DNA from: Podarcis liolepis
Lineage: Eukaryota
Assembly (NCBI GenBank): GCA_965112155.1
Contig: OZ218111.1
Strand: one strand, 5' to 3'
Length of the DNA stretch: 64,000 nucleotides
A program made the position numbers and the translations under genes. The notes beneath the pieces were generated by a model. The model saw only the letters and a program-made list of their open reading frames with translations. It was not told the DNA's origin and ran no database searches. Shown here piece after piece: positions 12,328-24,900 of this stretch. Within the stretch, counting starts at the first letter, position 1. Every line of letters starts with the position of its first letter.

Positions 12328-15300
12328 AGAAACCCTGCTTCCTCACCTTCAGCAGATCATCCTCACTGGCGTCAGGAAATTTTTCGTGTAGTGAATCTTT
12401 CAAGACCTTGGCAATGAAGCGCATGCCGTAGCTGTAGAGGGAGAACAAGGCCGGGAATGAGGAAAGAGGCGGAGAGAAGCTTAGAAGGACCCTCCTCCGC
12501 CTGCATCCGCCCGAGGCGCAGCTCGGGACACTCACGGGATTTTCTCCAGGGAGCCGATGATGGCCAGCAGAAACTTGTCGGTGATGGCCCGCATGTTCTT
12601 GATGGAGGCATCCAGGCGCGTCTTGACCTCCTCGTGGGCCAGGGCTTGCTCTGGAGTGACGTCGTAGGGCAGCTTACTGTCAAGGGAAAGCCATAGGCAG
12701 GTGAGTGGTGGGAAGTGTCGGCTGGAGGGTGCTGCTGCTTGCATCCCCCTCTTAGCCCTCCAGCTTATGCTGGACAGACACAACAAACAGCACATGCGCA
12801 TAAACAGCCATCTGGATCGTGCCCAGGGGGCACCTGGTGACAGATCAGCCCTATTTGAGGTGGGGGGTGGGGAGAGAGAAAGGCCCGCAGGTATGGGCTC
12901 TAAGGGAGTCTTCTGTCCCAATCATCCTTCCCAAAGGATGGTGGGTGGCAGGTAGCCCAGAGGGCAAGGGGGGGGACATAAGGGGTCCAGCAAGAGCTTT
13001 GGGTTTTGAGGTCTTTGCCGACATTCCTCTCCTATGACCATCTGACCCTTGATAAATGCCCCCAAAGCAGAAGGGAGGAATGAAGGAAGCAGCTTTCTAT
13101 ATCGCTCTTTATTGAGAACATGGTGTTTTTTAAATGGCTCTAAACCTTTTGCCAGGTTCAGCTCACCTTTGTGCCCTGGAATGACTACATGACCTTTCCT
13201 AAGGCCATGACTGTGAGGCCTTCAAGTTTAAATATTTAATCTTACATATCAGTGAATGGAATCTATTTTAAAAACTTTTGAGGGGGGAAAGGAACTTTTC
13301 AGATACAAGCCGCCACAAAACGTGAAAATCCAAATGAGGATGTGTGCTGATTCAGGGCATGACCCACCCAACCCGGGCTTCTCTCTCTCTCCCCTGAAAA
13401 ACATCCAGACCCCTTTTGGCACCTCCTGTGAGCATGAACAGCCCCTCATACCTGGCCTCTCCGGTCTGTGACTCCATCTGGTTGACCCAGGACTTGTAGA
13501 TGTCCACTGGATCAGTTTTAATATTGAGAGATTTGTCCTCCATGATCTCCTTCACAACCGGGGCCAGGATCTGCCTCAAGGTGTTCTGTCCACGAGCACC
13601 ACGGTTGAAGCTCACCACCATCTTGATCACTGTGGGGTTTCCCGTCACAATCTCTTGCAGCTGATCCACCTTTGATCTGGAAGAAGGCGAGAAAGGCTTG
13701 CTGGAAACACATGTGGATGAAAGCCAGCTTACTTTCCCAGCAGAAGATGCTGGTACCCAAGCCCAGAGGGTGGCCTTCCAATTTTCATGCTTCTCTTTCA
13801 TACATTCCTGTTATTGTTGTTGTTGTTGTTGTTGTCATCCTCAGGTTTTCAGATCCAGCTTTTGTTTGCAGGTGGTTTCAGAACCTTCAACCAGGAGGAG
13901 TTTCCTCCCCGCCTCTCCTATTAGTCAATGGCCGGCCAGCCTCCCACCAAGAGGGAAGCACAAGTACCTCTGTCTGTCTATCTATATCCAATTTACATAC
14001 CACCCTTCATCACAAAATCTCAGGGTGGTGCACTTATTCCAATGTGAAAGGGGCCCCCACACCACTATAACTGAGAATGCAAAGTCAGGGGGAAAGCAAT
14101 GTTTTTCTTTTTGAAAACATTTCAATTTAATAGTTTAAATAGCTTTATTGCTCCTCCCCTTACAACCACATGCGAGCATTTACTGCTGACCACATGGCAA
14201 ACTCATGCCTGGCCTTCCAACTTGGGAGCCAAAAGTGACAAGCAGGAACCAGAAGCCCAAAGAAAGCTGCCCTCTGTGACAGGCGTCTGGGCTCCACGAC
14301 TCCCCATGGTAACCAAGGGCTGAACTTCTACTAAAAAAATGAGAGCCCAAAGTGCGGTGAACAGCTGTAGCCTAACAGCTGTCTTTACGCCCCATGCAGC
14401 CCCTGAGAATTAAAGACTCCCAATCAACGTACTTGATCTCCTCCTGCAGTGCAGTCTTGAAGAGGCGCAGCAACAGGTACTCCTCCCGCTGATTGGAGGC
14501 GTAGTTGTACAGCGTGAAGATGACAGAGTCCATGAATTTTGTGGATTTGTTCTGGGGCATTTGGAAAATCAGCTTAGCCAGGTAAGTGGGGTTAGTCTGC
14601 AGCGAAACAAGGAGGGGATCATGGAGAGCAGTTCACGGAGAGAAGAGGAGAGAAGACAAAGGGTCACCTCCCGCTACAGCTCTTCCTCTCTCCTCACCTG
14701 CAGCAAGTAGAAGAGGTGCTGATAGGCTTCCAGCTTCTCCCTCTTCTCTTTGCTCAGAGCCTTCAAGCCTCCCCTTTGCTTGTTCAACATCATCATGTCC
14801 GAGAGCTGCTCCTTATTCTTCTTGGTAAGCTTCTTGCTGTGAGACACGACATCCTGCAGCAAGGAGGGAAGAGCAGAGGGGAACTCAGAGCCTGTGCTTA
14901 GCAACCCATCGTTTCCCTGGGACCCTGGCCTCGTCTCCTGCCGCTGACTCTCCAGGTGGGAGGTCGGGGTTGGCCACGAGAATGAACATTTGATCCAAGA
15001 GTAGACTTGGAAATACTAGCTAGCACCCTTCTGGCCCTCAAATCCAAGTTTTCCTTACCTGCTGAGCAGTATCAGTAGATCTATCAATCATTGAAATGGA
15101 AATATTGGGACAGAAAAAGAACAGAGATGCTTACCAAAGCTACATAAGGCAATAGCCGAATTGGGGGATTTGGATTGTTCGGGGCCTCTTATCTTCGCAG
15201 ATAAACAACCTACCATATTCAGAGACACAGGATACCCCCGACCGTCACGTTATGTGGATGTGGCCATCTTTCTCATCAGCCGTAGGACAACTGATGGATA

Positions 15301-18300
15301 ACTAATCTGGTCTGGCAGGGAAATTATTGACGAGAGGGAGACTGTTGCTTTATGAGCTCTAACAAACACCTTCAGGGGCTGCTAACAAACACCTTCAGAA
15401 CCTGCCATACACAACTGTGTCCTTGTTGCTTGAGGAGAACTTGGCAAGGGGGATTGCTCCCCTCCCAGACAGTGGGGAATATACCTGCAGCGTGATTTTG
15501 TTCTTCACCAGCAAGCCAATTTTTATGTCCATGAGGTTGAGGTCATTCTCCAGCTGCTGATTGGAGCGGATCAAGGTCACGACCTCCTCACGCAGCTTCA
15601 TCACGTCCAGTTCCTCTTGGAAATCTTGATCGCTCTGATCCAGCAAGTGCACAAACTTCCGGACAACCGCCATCGGGGGGTCTTCAGCATTGACTGTGGA
15701 GGGAAAGACGCCAGCCAAGGAATGGTGACAAATGCTGATGGCACAAAAGGAGCAGGCCTTTCATTTATTTTCACGAGAGAATTGCTCTTTCTTGTGTACA
15801 TAAGAAGCAGACAGACTGAAAGGGAAGAACCCAAACCCCTCCATTTTGCCCCGTTTTGAAGGGGAGGGAGGGAGTGGGGAGGTCCAAGGAGCCAAGACAG
15901 GCTCTCAGCAGAAACAGGACAGGCAAGTGAAGCAATCCACTTCTTAATAAGCTTTGGTCCATCAGCTTCCACTGAGTGGCTTTGTCCCCTTATGTCCCCT
16001 GTGGGACAACTGGATTGTAGGAAACCAATGAAAAATGGCAGCCTTCCTGCTTGCCGCAACAGTCCCTTCTTGGACAGTTTCAGGACATGACTAGCTGTGT
16101 GGGCCTCCCTTCCTGGCAATACTCACTCAGCGTCTTGTAGTCATCGCGAGCTTTATTGGCACGGATGAAAGCCTGGATCTTCACAATGTCATTGATCTAG
16201 CCAAGAGACAAAAGCAAACCCTTTGCCATCCTGTGCTTCCATCCACACCCCTCCACCCCTGGATGTCACTGGACAACCTCCACAATCATCATCATGACTG
16301 ACACCACTATCATCCATTGGCCCTGCTGGTCACCAGGACCGATGGGAGGGAATGCAGCAATCCCAGCTGCCCCACCTGCAATGCACTTACATGATCCCGG
16401 AAGTACTGCAGCCGACCTCGGTACCGTTTCCGGGCCTGGTACATCCTGGTCATGGCTTGAATCTGTGGAAGATGGGGAAAAAATTGAAAATGGGTGCTGA
16501 AAATGGGTGCTGCACTAAGCTGAGTAGGGGGGAGAGGAGGGAGAATGGGGCTCTGGGACCTCCTGCTTTCTGGTAGAGAAGGGTAAGTGGAGCCCCTGGC
16601 TTTGTATCCTCATCCTGGCTGCACGTGGGTCAGATGAAGCCCCCTCCTTTGCTCTCCTTACAATGCCAGGTGATGTGACAATCCGTGGCTGAGCTTTCCA
16701 ATCTTGGCTGAAGCACACCATGCGCCAGGAGATGCCTTGCATGGGTGTGAGGTGGAAAAGGAGGCTTCAAAGCAGGCGGCCGAGTCATTTGCTAGGAGGT
16801 TACTGTGGACACATTTGGGAAGGAGTCGGCCTGAGTAGTGCTTGGCCCTGCGGAGGGGATGTTGTTTTTGTTTTGCCTGCAGGCACCATGGCAGTGAGGA
16901 AGAGGGAAGCAGATGGCCAAAAGAGGAACAGGACCTTCTTTTCCTTTCCTTTTCTTTTTTGCGGGGGGTGGGGAAGAGTGAGAGGTTAACTGAGAGAGGC
17001 AAAGCAAGTAGAAGATCAGGCAAAAGGGGATCAGGGCAGACAACCACTGCCGGCCTTTTTCTGGAAGAGACATGGGAATATTGCTGGCCTCTTGTGAGAG
17101 GGTAGGGAAGCGAAGCAAGCACAGCCAAGGAGGAGGGGGCATGGCTTGGGGCTTGGTGGAAAGGCCCGGAAGGCTGGATTAGACCCATGGGCCAGAGGAT
17201 CTCATATCAAGTCTGTTTGAAAGCAGAGGTTGCCAACTCTTTGGGGCTAGTGGGCACACGGGAATTTTGTGGGTGCTGGTTACAAAATGGCTGCTGCGAG
17301 GGCATGGCCTAACATAAAATGGCCGCCACATCTAAAAGGGTGTGAAAAATTGTTGTCAAGCATAAATATGTATAACTGTTATTTAGAGTACGAAGGGGTA
17401 AAGACCAGCCACTAGGAGCCCCAGAGGGCTTGGGCTGAGGCAAGGAAGTGGGAGGGGAAGGAGACCACCAGTTTTATCCATCCTGGAAAGATAGAGCAGG
17501 GGCGGCATGACCTAGAAAGATAATTACCTTCACCGCTTCATCCTTGTGGGCCTCCAGGTACTTCAGGCGGTCTTGATAGGCCTTTCGCTGCTTGTAGCCA
17601 CGCCACTGAGACTGAAACCAAACCCAACACGAGGTTAGAAGCCTCCTTTGCCTGACTGCTACATCTCCTGTATGCTTCTGCACACACACCCCACTTCCCT
17701 CCAGTCTGCACCCCCAAACTGATCACAGCTGGGGACAGCCACTGCTTCGCTTTGCTCAGCTGCTGGACCAAAAGCAGCCTCTATTGAAAGCCAAACCACC
17801 TCAAAACGAGGGACTCTGAACAGAAACAGTGCCAAGGAGTGTGGCACCGTAATGAGCAGCAGACAGGATCTGGGCTTTTAGTAGCATGGCCAGCTCTCTC
17901 CAAAGAGCCTCTCTCACCCAGATTTGAAAACAAGGAACCAAAATATCCACCACCCTTGCAACAGATACCCTGGGGGAGCTTAAAGCTTAAACAACCTCAC
18001 TCCCCTACCCCAGAAGGAAAGACCAAGAAACTCTTCCAAGCCAATGCTGGACTGTTCTCCTGCAGGACTTGGTGGGGGCAAAAGAAGCGGGGACTTAGGG
18101 GGGCTGCATGGCCCTTTGCTTAGCTGCCCATCACTCTGGCACCAGAACTGGGCTCCTCAAATTCTCCACAGCCGTGAGGTACAGCCTGCGGAACATGGTA
18201 TCCCCAAACAGCAACCGCAAACAACAGAATGAGAACAAAAGGGTTGACTGTGGGCACCTTGAAGAAGCCCAGCCGACAGACCAAAGGAAGCTTTGCCAAG

Positions 18301-18962
18301 TGGGTACCGCCACAGACCAGCCACTTTACACATCCCTGACCCAGAGTTCCCCACCCTCAATGCCCACCCCCGGCAGCTCTTTGCTTTCTCTCCCCAAGTT
18401 CTCCCTGCCCTCCCACCACCAGTTCCCCCTGTACCTGGATGCAGGTGATGGCAGGAACCTGCTTCTTCAAGAAACGCATCCGGCCACTGAACTCCTGGCG
18501 GACAAGGTAGCCACGGCAACAGGCCTGCAGCCTGGTAATCAGGTTCTCGTTGGCCAGCCAGAGCTGCTCTCGGTTGTACGCGGCGGTGACGGCGGAGATG
18601 GAGCTCTAGATCGCCGTGGCCCGGGGAAAGGCAGTGGAGGGAGGGAGGAAAAAGGCCGCACTCAGCACCTGGCCAAAAGGCAACCAACACCCATCCTTGC
18701 CCCAGAGGCAGGTCCCTTGACTCAGGGTGACCCAAGAGAATGGCCTTTGCTTGCAACGGAAGGAGTTGCTGCCTCTGGTGCTCCCGGCATCACCTCAGGG
18801 AGTGTTTATTCACTACCTTCAGGGACCTTTTAACACTTTGCCTTTGCTGCCCTTTTGCCACTGTGTAGGGGTACTACCAGGTTTTAATGTCATTTTAATA
18901 TTTTGCTGATATAATTGTATTTTATGGTTTTTATCTGGAATGTAAACCATTATTGTTGTCAC

Positions 18963-18998
<36 letters not shown>

Positions 18999-21900
18999 AG
19001 CACCTGAAGTTTATGCCATAATACATTTCTTAGTGTTTAAGGTACTACGAGGCTATTCTTTTTGCTGCAACGATCTTATATAGCTACTACCTTACAATTT
19101 TCCAGGCATTGTACCAAGATTAGAAAAGCAGGCTGTGCCCACAGGTTTACAATCTAACAGACTTGGCACAAAAGGAAAGTGGGATGGGGAGGGAGGAGGA
19201 AAACCAGCAAACCTAAGACCCATTGCTAAAGTTACGTAATAGCTGTTATAATGAGCAGCTGGAAGGGAGGGGAAGAACCAAATGACAGGTGGGTCCCACT
19301 TCTCCACTCTATCATAGTTCTGTTTTAAATAGCGGAAAAAAATCTTGCAGCAGAAGCACCCAAAGCTGCCCCCTGAAGTCATAAAGGGCCTTGCACATGT
19401 CAGTGACTGAGCAAAGGAAATCAAGGATCACTTGAGAGGGGGCAAAACAAACCTGATACCCTGTGATGACACCCCTCCCTTGCACTGAACAGGTCAAGAG
19501 GCACTTGGCCCTGATTTGGTGGTGCTGAGGACTAGAGGAGGCGGCACATGCGCAACATACCTGGATATCCTCCCGGGAGAGCTGTGTGTTATTTGGCACA
19601 AATCCTCCCTGGGGCTCTTCCCAGCTTCCTTCTTTGGTCCTCAGGTTATGGTAATAATGGTAGCCTCCCTTCACCCAGTGCTTCACCCACTCACTGCCGT
19701 TGTCTCCTGGAAGAAATGGGATGTCGTGGGGAGGGGGACAAGGAAGCCCTTCTTCTCTGCCTCCGTGACGAGAACTGTGGGGCTCTGTGGCACAATGTGA
19801 GCAGACACTGCCAGGCAAGTACTCCGGTAGGAGCAGAGCGGGGAGAGGAGGCAAAGCTGGCCTGGATGGCCAAAGACAGCCTAGCTGTCAACACAGCCTC
19901 TCCCCTCCGCCAGTCCAGGCCCCTGCAGACCACATTCCCCATTCCTTTCCAGCCCCCACCTTCACCTGCTGCCAGCTTCGTCCTCTTGACTTCCGCCAGC
20001 TCCTGCTGGTACGTGTCGGCACACTCTGGGGTCACGCCATACAGCCCTACGTCAGCTGAACGCAGGCAACCCAGGGTCACCCCAACATCTCCTTGGTCCA
20101 CTGCCTCGTTGATGGCCAGGATTCCTACAGCAACTGAGATAAAAGCAAGAGAAGCCCTTGCGACCTCTGCAGAGACACAGACCAAAACGCAGGGAGAGGG
20201 TGGAGGAGAGTCTGAGCGGCCACAAAAATAAACGTCTCCACCTCCATCGTTCTGCCCGGACACTGAGGTCCAGCGAGAAGCCAAGTTACAGGGAACCAGG
20301 CAGAGGGCCTTCTCAGTAGTGGCACCCGCCCTGTGGAACGCCCTCCCACCAGATGTCAAAGAGAAAAACAACTATCAAACTTTTAGAAGACATCTGAAGG
20401 CAGCCCTGTTTAGGGAAGCTTTTAATGTTTAATAGGTTATTGTATTTTAGTGTTTTGGTGGAAGCCGCCCAGAGTGGCTGGGGAAACCCAGCCAGATGGA
20501 CGGGGTATAAATATTAAATTATTATTATTATTATTATTAATTATTATTATTATACACCACAGTGAACACTGGCCATTTTACAAGGAGGTCTCAGGCTACT
20601 GACTTAAGACCTGCAACCTCCCAAGAGACGAAACAGAGACATCCTTGACCCCTAGGGCTAAAATGACCCTAATGCCAGTTGGGTATTAGGAAGCAGGTTT
20701 CTGGGAAGCGTGACCAAGAGAAATGCCAGTGTTCAAACAAACAGAACCTGCTTCCCACCCTACTGGCATGGTTGCATCTTTAGATGGGAACAGAGATTGG
20801 CAGCCCCCTCCCCCCCAAAAAAAAAAAACCGCTGAAAAGACGACAGGGAGACTCACAGCGCTGGGCTTCCTCTGTGTCCCTGTTTGACTGGAGAACACCC
20901 CCCTGGATTTCATCCAGCCAGAGGACAGCCGTTTCATCCCGAGTTTCCTGAAAGCAAAGCAAAGCAAGGTTCATCCCCAGCCAAGAACCTGGAGCCAAAC
21001 AGAAGAGAGGATACCATACCCAGGGGAGGGGCAAAAGGCCTGCTTTGCCTCTCAATCTTCCCAGCCTACCCCAGTCTCAGCCAGTCCAATTTAGACATAC
21101 TAGATGACTGGCGTGCAAAGCAACATTTGTCTCCACCTGCAGACTGGCTCAGTTTTAAACTAAAATCCATTTAGCTAAATGGCACCCAGTCCAGCTTGCC
21201 TCAAACGAAGCACTGATGAAGAGTGAAATAGTCTCTCTTCGAAAGGGATGGTGGCAGCTCCTGCCATCATCCCTGACCATCGGCTTTGCTGGCAAGGGCT
21301 GATGGAAGTTGGAGTCCAACAGTATCCTGAGGGCACCATATTGGCTACCCCTTGCTCTAAGTGGGTGAAAGGAGATTGGCCGGGTCCCTGCCCTCAGAGA
21401 ACCAGAAATTTTCCTGATGGGCCAAACGAGACTCAACAGAAGCTCATGAACATAAAGGGGGCTGGGGACAAGCAATGCTATTAATAAACATCAACATTCC
21501 ATACCAATATCATTCCAACGAGGACCCCAAAGCTGCAGCAGAAGTTGCACACCTTGTCAGTGCACAGACAGGAGGCCACTCAAAGGCCCCTGAGATCCAA
21601 CAAAAGCATCACTGCCATCCTCCCTGGGCGCCAAAGGATGGCCCAGGTTATCTGGCCTGGCCCTGCTAAAGTATGGGGCTGTGGAACACTCCCAGCGGAG
21701 CAGTCAGACAGTGAAAACCTCCCCACCCCTGGATGCAGGGAGGGATGCCCAACACACCTGAGCTTTCTCCCTCTTGGTGCGGAGCAGCACATCTTGGTAA
21801 TGCTGTGCTACTTTGGGGGTGACCCCCTCCAGCTTTGCTGCAGGAATCTGCAGCGCCTGCAAGGTCTTCCTCGCATCTCCTTCGTCCAAAGCCTCATTGA

Positions 21901-24900
21901 TGAGCCCAATTGCCAAGATCCCTGGAGTAAACAGGACAGAAAGGAAAGGATGAAGGCAGGGGGATCCCTAGGGGCACATGAGGCACCACCCGGTAGACCT
22001 TCTGCTCCTGCTCTCTGCTGGCCCACACACTGCAACTGTTAGGCCAGGCACCTGAGGACGAGGCCAGGAAAGGAAGGGGAAAGCCCTCCCCAGTTTACTG
22101 AAAGGGCTGAGGGAGCAGCCAGGGTTGACTGGAAGAGCCCACAGAGGGGAGCAGGCAGGGAGGGCTGACTTTGCCGTTTATTCCCTCTAAAGGCTTATAT
22201 GCCACCCTTTAGGGAAACCACTTTCCCAATGTGGCTTTCATGCAGTATTAAAATATAAAACAAATTACAAAAGTCATATACTAGCCCTAAATATGAATTT
22301 ATAGAGCTATAGAAGACGTTGTAAAAACCATACACCAGCCATAAAAACCCTAACAGGACCGGCTGAGTTCAAGGCAGCTAGCATGTTGTTCCTCAGAGCA
22401 ACAGAAGCACCTGCGGAACACAAGAGATGCTGGACCCTGGAGGAGCTGCCTCCCTCTGATGAGACCCACTTCGCCCTTGCTGACGTTCCCGGGCTGAAGG
22501 TCCTCCCATTCTCCTGCCCCTGAGGAGGGGGAGCACCGTCTCCTCCCTCAAGGGAGACACTGACCTCGCCCTAACAGAGGTCGAGTGCACAGGGAAGACA
22601 AGATGGGCCAGACTTTCAACAGCACATCCTGGCATGCTGTCTTGCCTGGTTAGCATCCCAAGTGTTTGTTTGGGGTTGCACCGTGTTATTTTCAGCCCAC
22701 AACTTCCTGTTGATCTGATACTTTTATAGATAAAGCAACCACCTGACTAACCTATGACAGTCTGGGCTAGAAAACTGCCTTGCGTGGCCACCAATTGAAC
22801 TACCTATTGGCCACGCAAAAGACACACACTCCACCTCTGAATATCCCCTTCTGTGCTTTGCTGCCTTCACATCCATTCCCGGAATGGCGCCTTGATCTCA
22901 CCAGTGATCTCAGGCTCACTAAGAAGTCCTGTCCACCCAGTCATGGCACCAACAGGACCAATGCAGGACTTTCGGATCCCAAGCCACCAACTAGCCCTGA
23001 TGGGGCTTGGATGGAGGCCTGGGCAAGAAGGGTGTCTCCCCGGGAAGTTTCCACACCCCGAGAGCCACTTACGCTCATGCTCTTCATGCACTGCCACGTT
23101 CACCCGGTCAACGCACGACTGGATGTCATTCCAGGTGACGAACTCGGCCCCTTCGCTCCGTGCCTGACTCTTCAGCTTCAGCAAGTCCTCAATGTATCTG
23201 CCGAGAGTCAAGACAGCACACGTCAAGGGGCTGGCCGCTGAGAGAACAAAACATGAAGACGCAGGCAAGGCCACAGGAGAGGAAGGAAGCGGAAGGCCTG
23301 CGCAAAAGGCACCATTCCCAGTGGCAATGATCTGGAGCACATGAATGCAAAGGGGTTTGCCTGCAGGAAACCCTTCAAGTCCTGCTCCCCTGGCCTAACC
23401 CTGAGGGTCCAAAAGCCAGAGCCTCAAAAGGGGCTCTCGCAGACCTGAACTGTCCAATCACTATTTCTACCCCACTTCCCGGAAACCACTTGTCCCTTCC
23501 TTCCTACTGGCCATTGGAGGTGCTGTTGGGCCCTCCGGTCCATCCCCACTTGGGACTCAGAGGACTCTGGGTCACGATGCCAGAGGGCCTAACAGGTCCC
23601 ATTTCGGCCATCTTGAGCTGCTGCTGTAGCAGCAGCACTTGGCCGTTCTCAAGAGAGAAAGGCTGGTGGGTGTGTTGTGGAGTGGGGTGGGGGTCTGACC
23701 TCTGGGAGTTTTCATCCTCGACATTTGTCAGACCCGTCACTGAGCTGCTCAGCTGCTTCCAGACCATGTTGACATCCCCGGAGTCCAGAGCTCGGTTGAT
23801 GAGGGCCACTGAAGAGAGCATCTCCACAGCCACCGACAGTTCTGGGTGTGTGAGGTGACCCTGAGGAGACAGAGAAAGAGGACCATGCTGACCACACAAA
23901 GTGGGGAAAGGGAGCCTGGGAAGGGAAGCCAGGACTGCATGGCTTCAGGGGTGATGGTACTGGCTAAACTCCACTGGCAGAATGTCCGGGGGGGGGGGAG
24001 GGAGAGATCTGGGTCCGGGTCAACAATTTCAAGGTTCTTATCATTTCTTCCTCTCTCTGAGCAAAAGAAGCATTCTGCAATATCCCTGGAAGGCCGGACT
24101 AAAAGCCTGACTTGGAGGGATCTACTTGTGTAAATTAAGTAGACATGGACAAGAGGAAAAAGCCCAGACCATATCGGCAAAAATACCAGAGGTATTTCAG
24201 AAGCAAATGGTAGGAGAAAACCTCAGCACCCCCCGCCCCGCCAAGTTCAGCCAGCCAGCCAAGAAGCCTCCCGCCCCCCGCCCAGAGCCAAGCACAGCTT
24301 GTTCCACCTTCCCCAAATGCTCATCCCAGCATGAAGTCCCAGCGATGCTGCAGGAGGAGAGAAGGATGAAGGTGCCCCTGGGAGGCAGAGTGGCCGGCAT
24401 GCTTGCACATGCAGCTCCTGGAAGAGCTTCTTGTCAAGTTCACATCCCACATCCTGCAAAGGTCATGTTCAACACTGCATACACATGCAATAGGGAAACA
24501 TGTATTTCTCACGGATGCACACAGCCCTGGCAGGAATGCCCAAACAACGTCTCACAAGGGCAACTTAAAAGCAAACCATCAGCAAAAGCCTTCAAGGGAC
24601 TTACGTCCGGACTCTGCTGCTGCAAGGTGGCCAGTTCCTTCTGGTACAGCTCAGCAGCAAACGGATAGACTGGAGGCAGCTGGGCCTCGGGGTTCATCAG
24701 TTCCACCACTGTCTTCTCAGCGAGGCCATTGCGGATGGCTGTGTTGATCCTCCCCACAGCTGCCAATCCTGGGAGCCCAAGGAGAGAGGAAGGAAAGGTG
24801 AGAGGCTGAAGCTTTTGCTCCCCTGGAGGCTGCTGGGCATACCAGCAGGGAGGCACCCCCCTTTGCCAGGAGCAAGCCAGGTGCACCAAGAAGAATAACA

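Noticed and set aside
15358-15398. Short direct repeat CTAACAAACACCTTCAG x2
   Set aside because: Ordinary local tandem duplication in an intron with no further structure.
18108-20371. Long ORFs (180-241 aa) on both strands
   Set aside because: They are antisense or intron read-through extensions of IQGAP1 exons 17-19.
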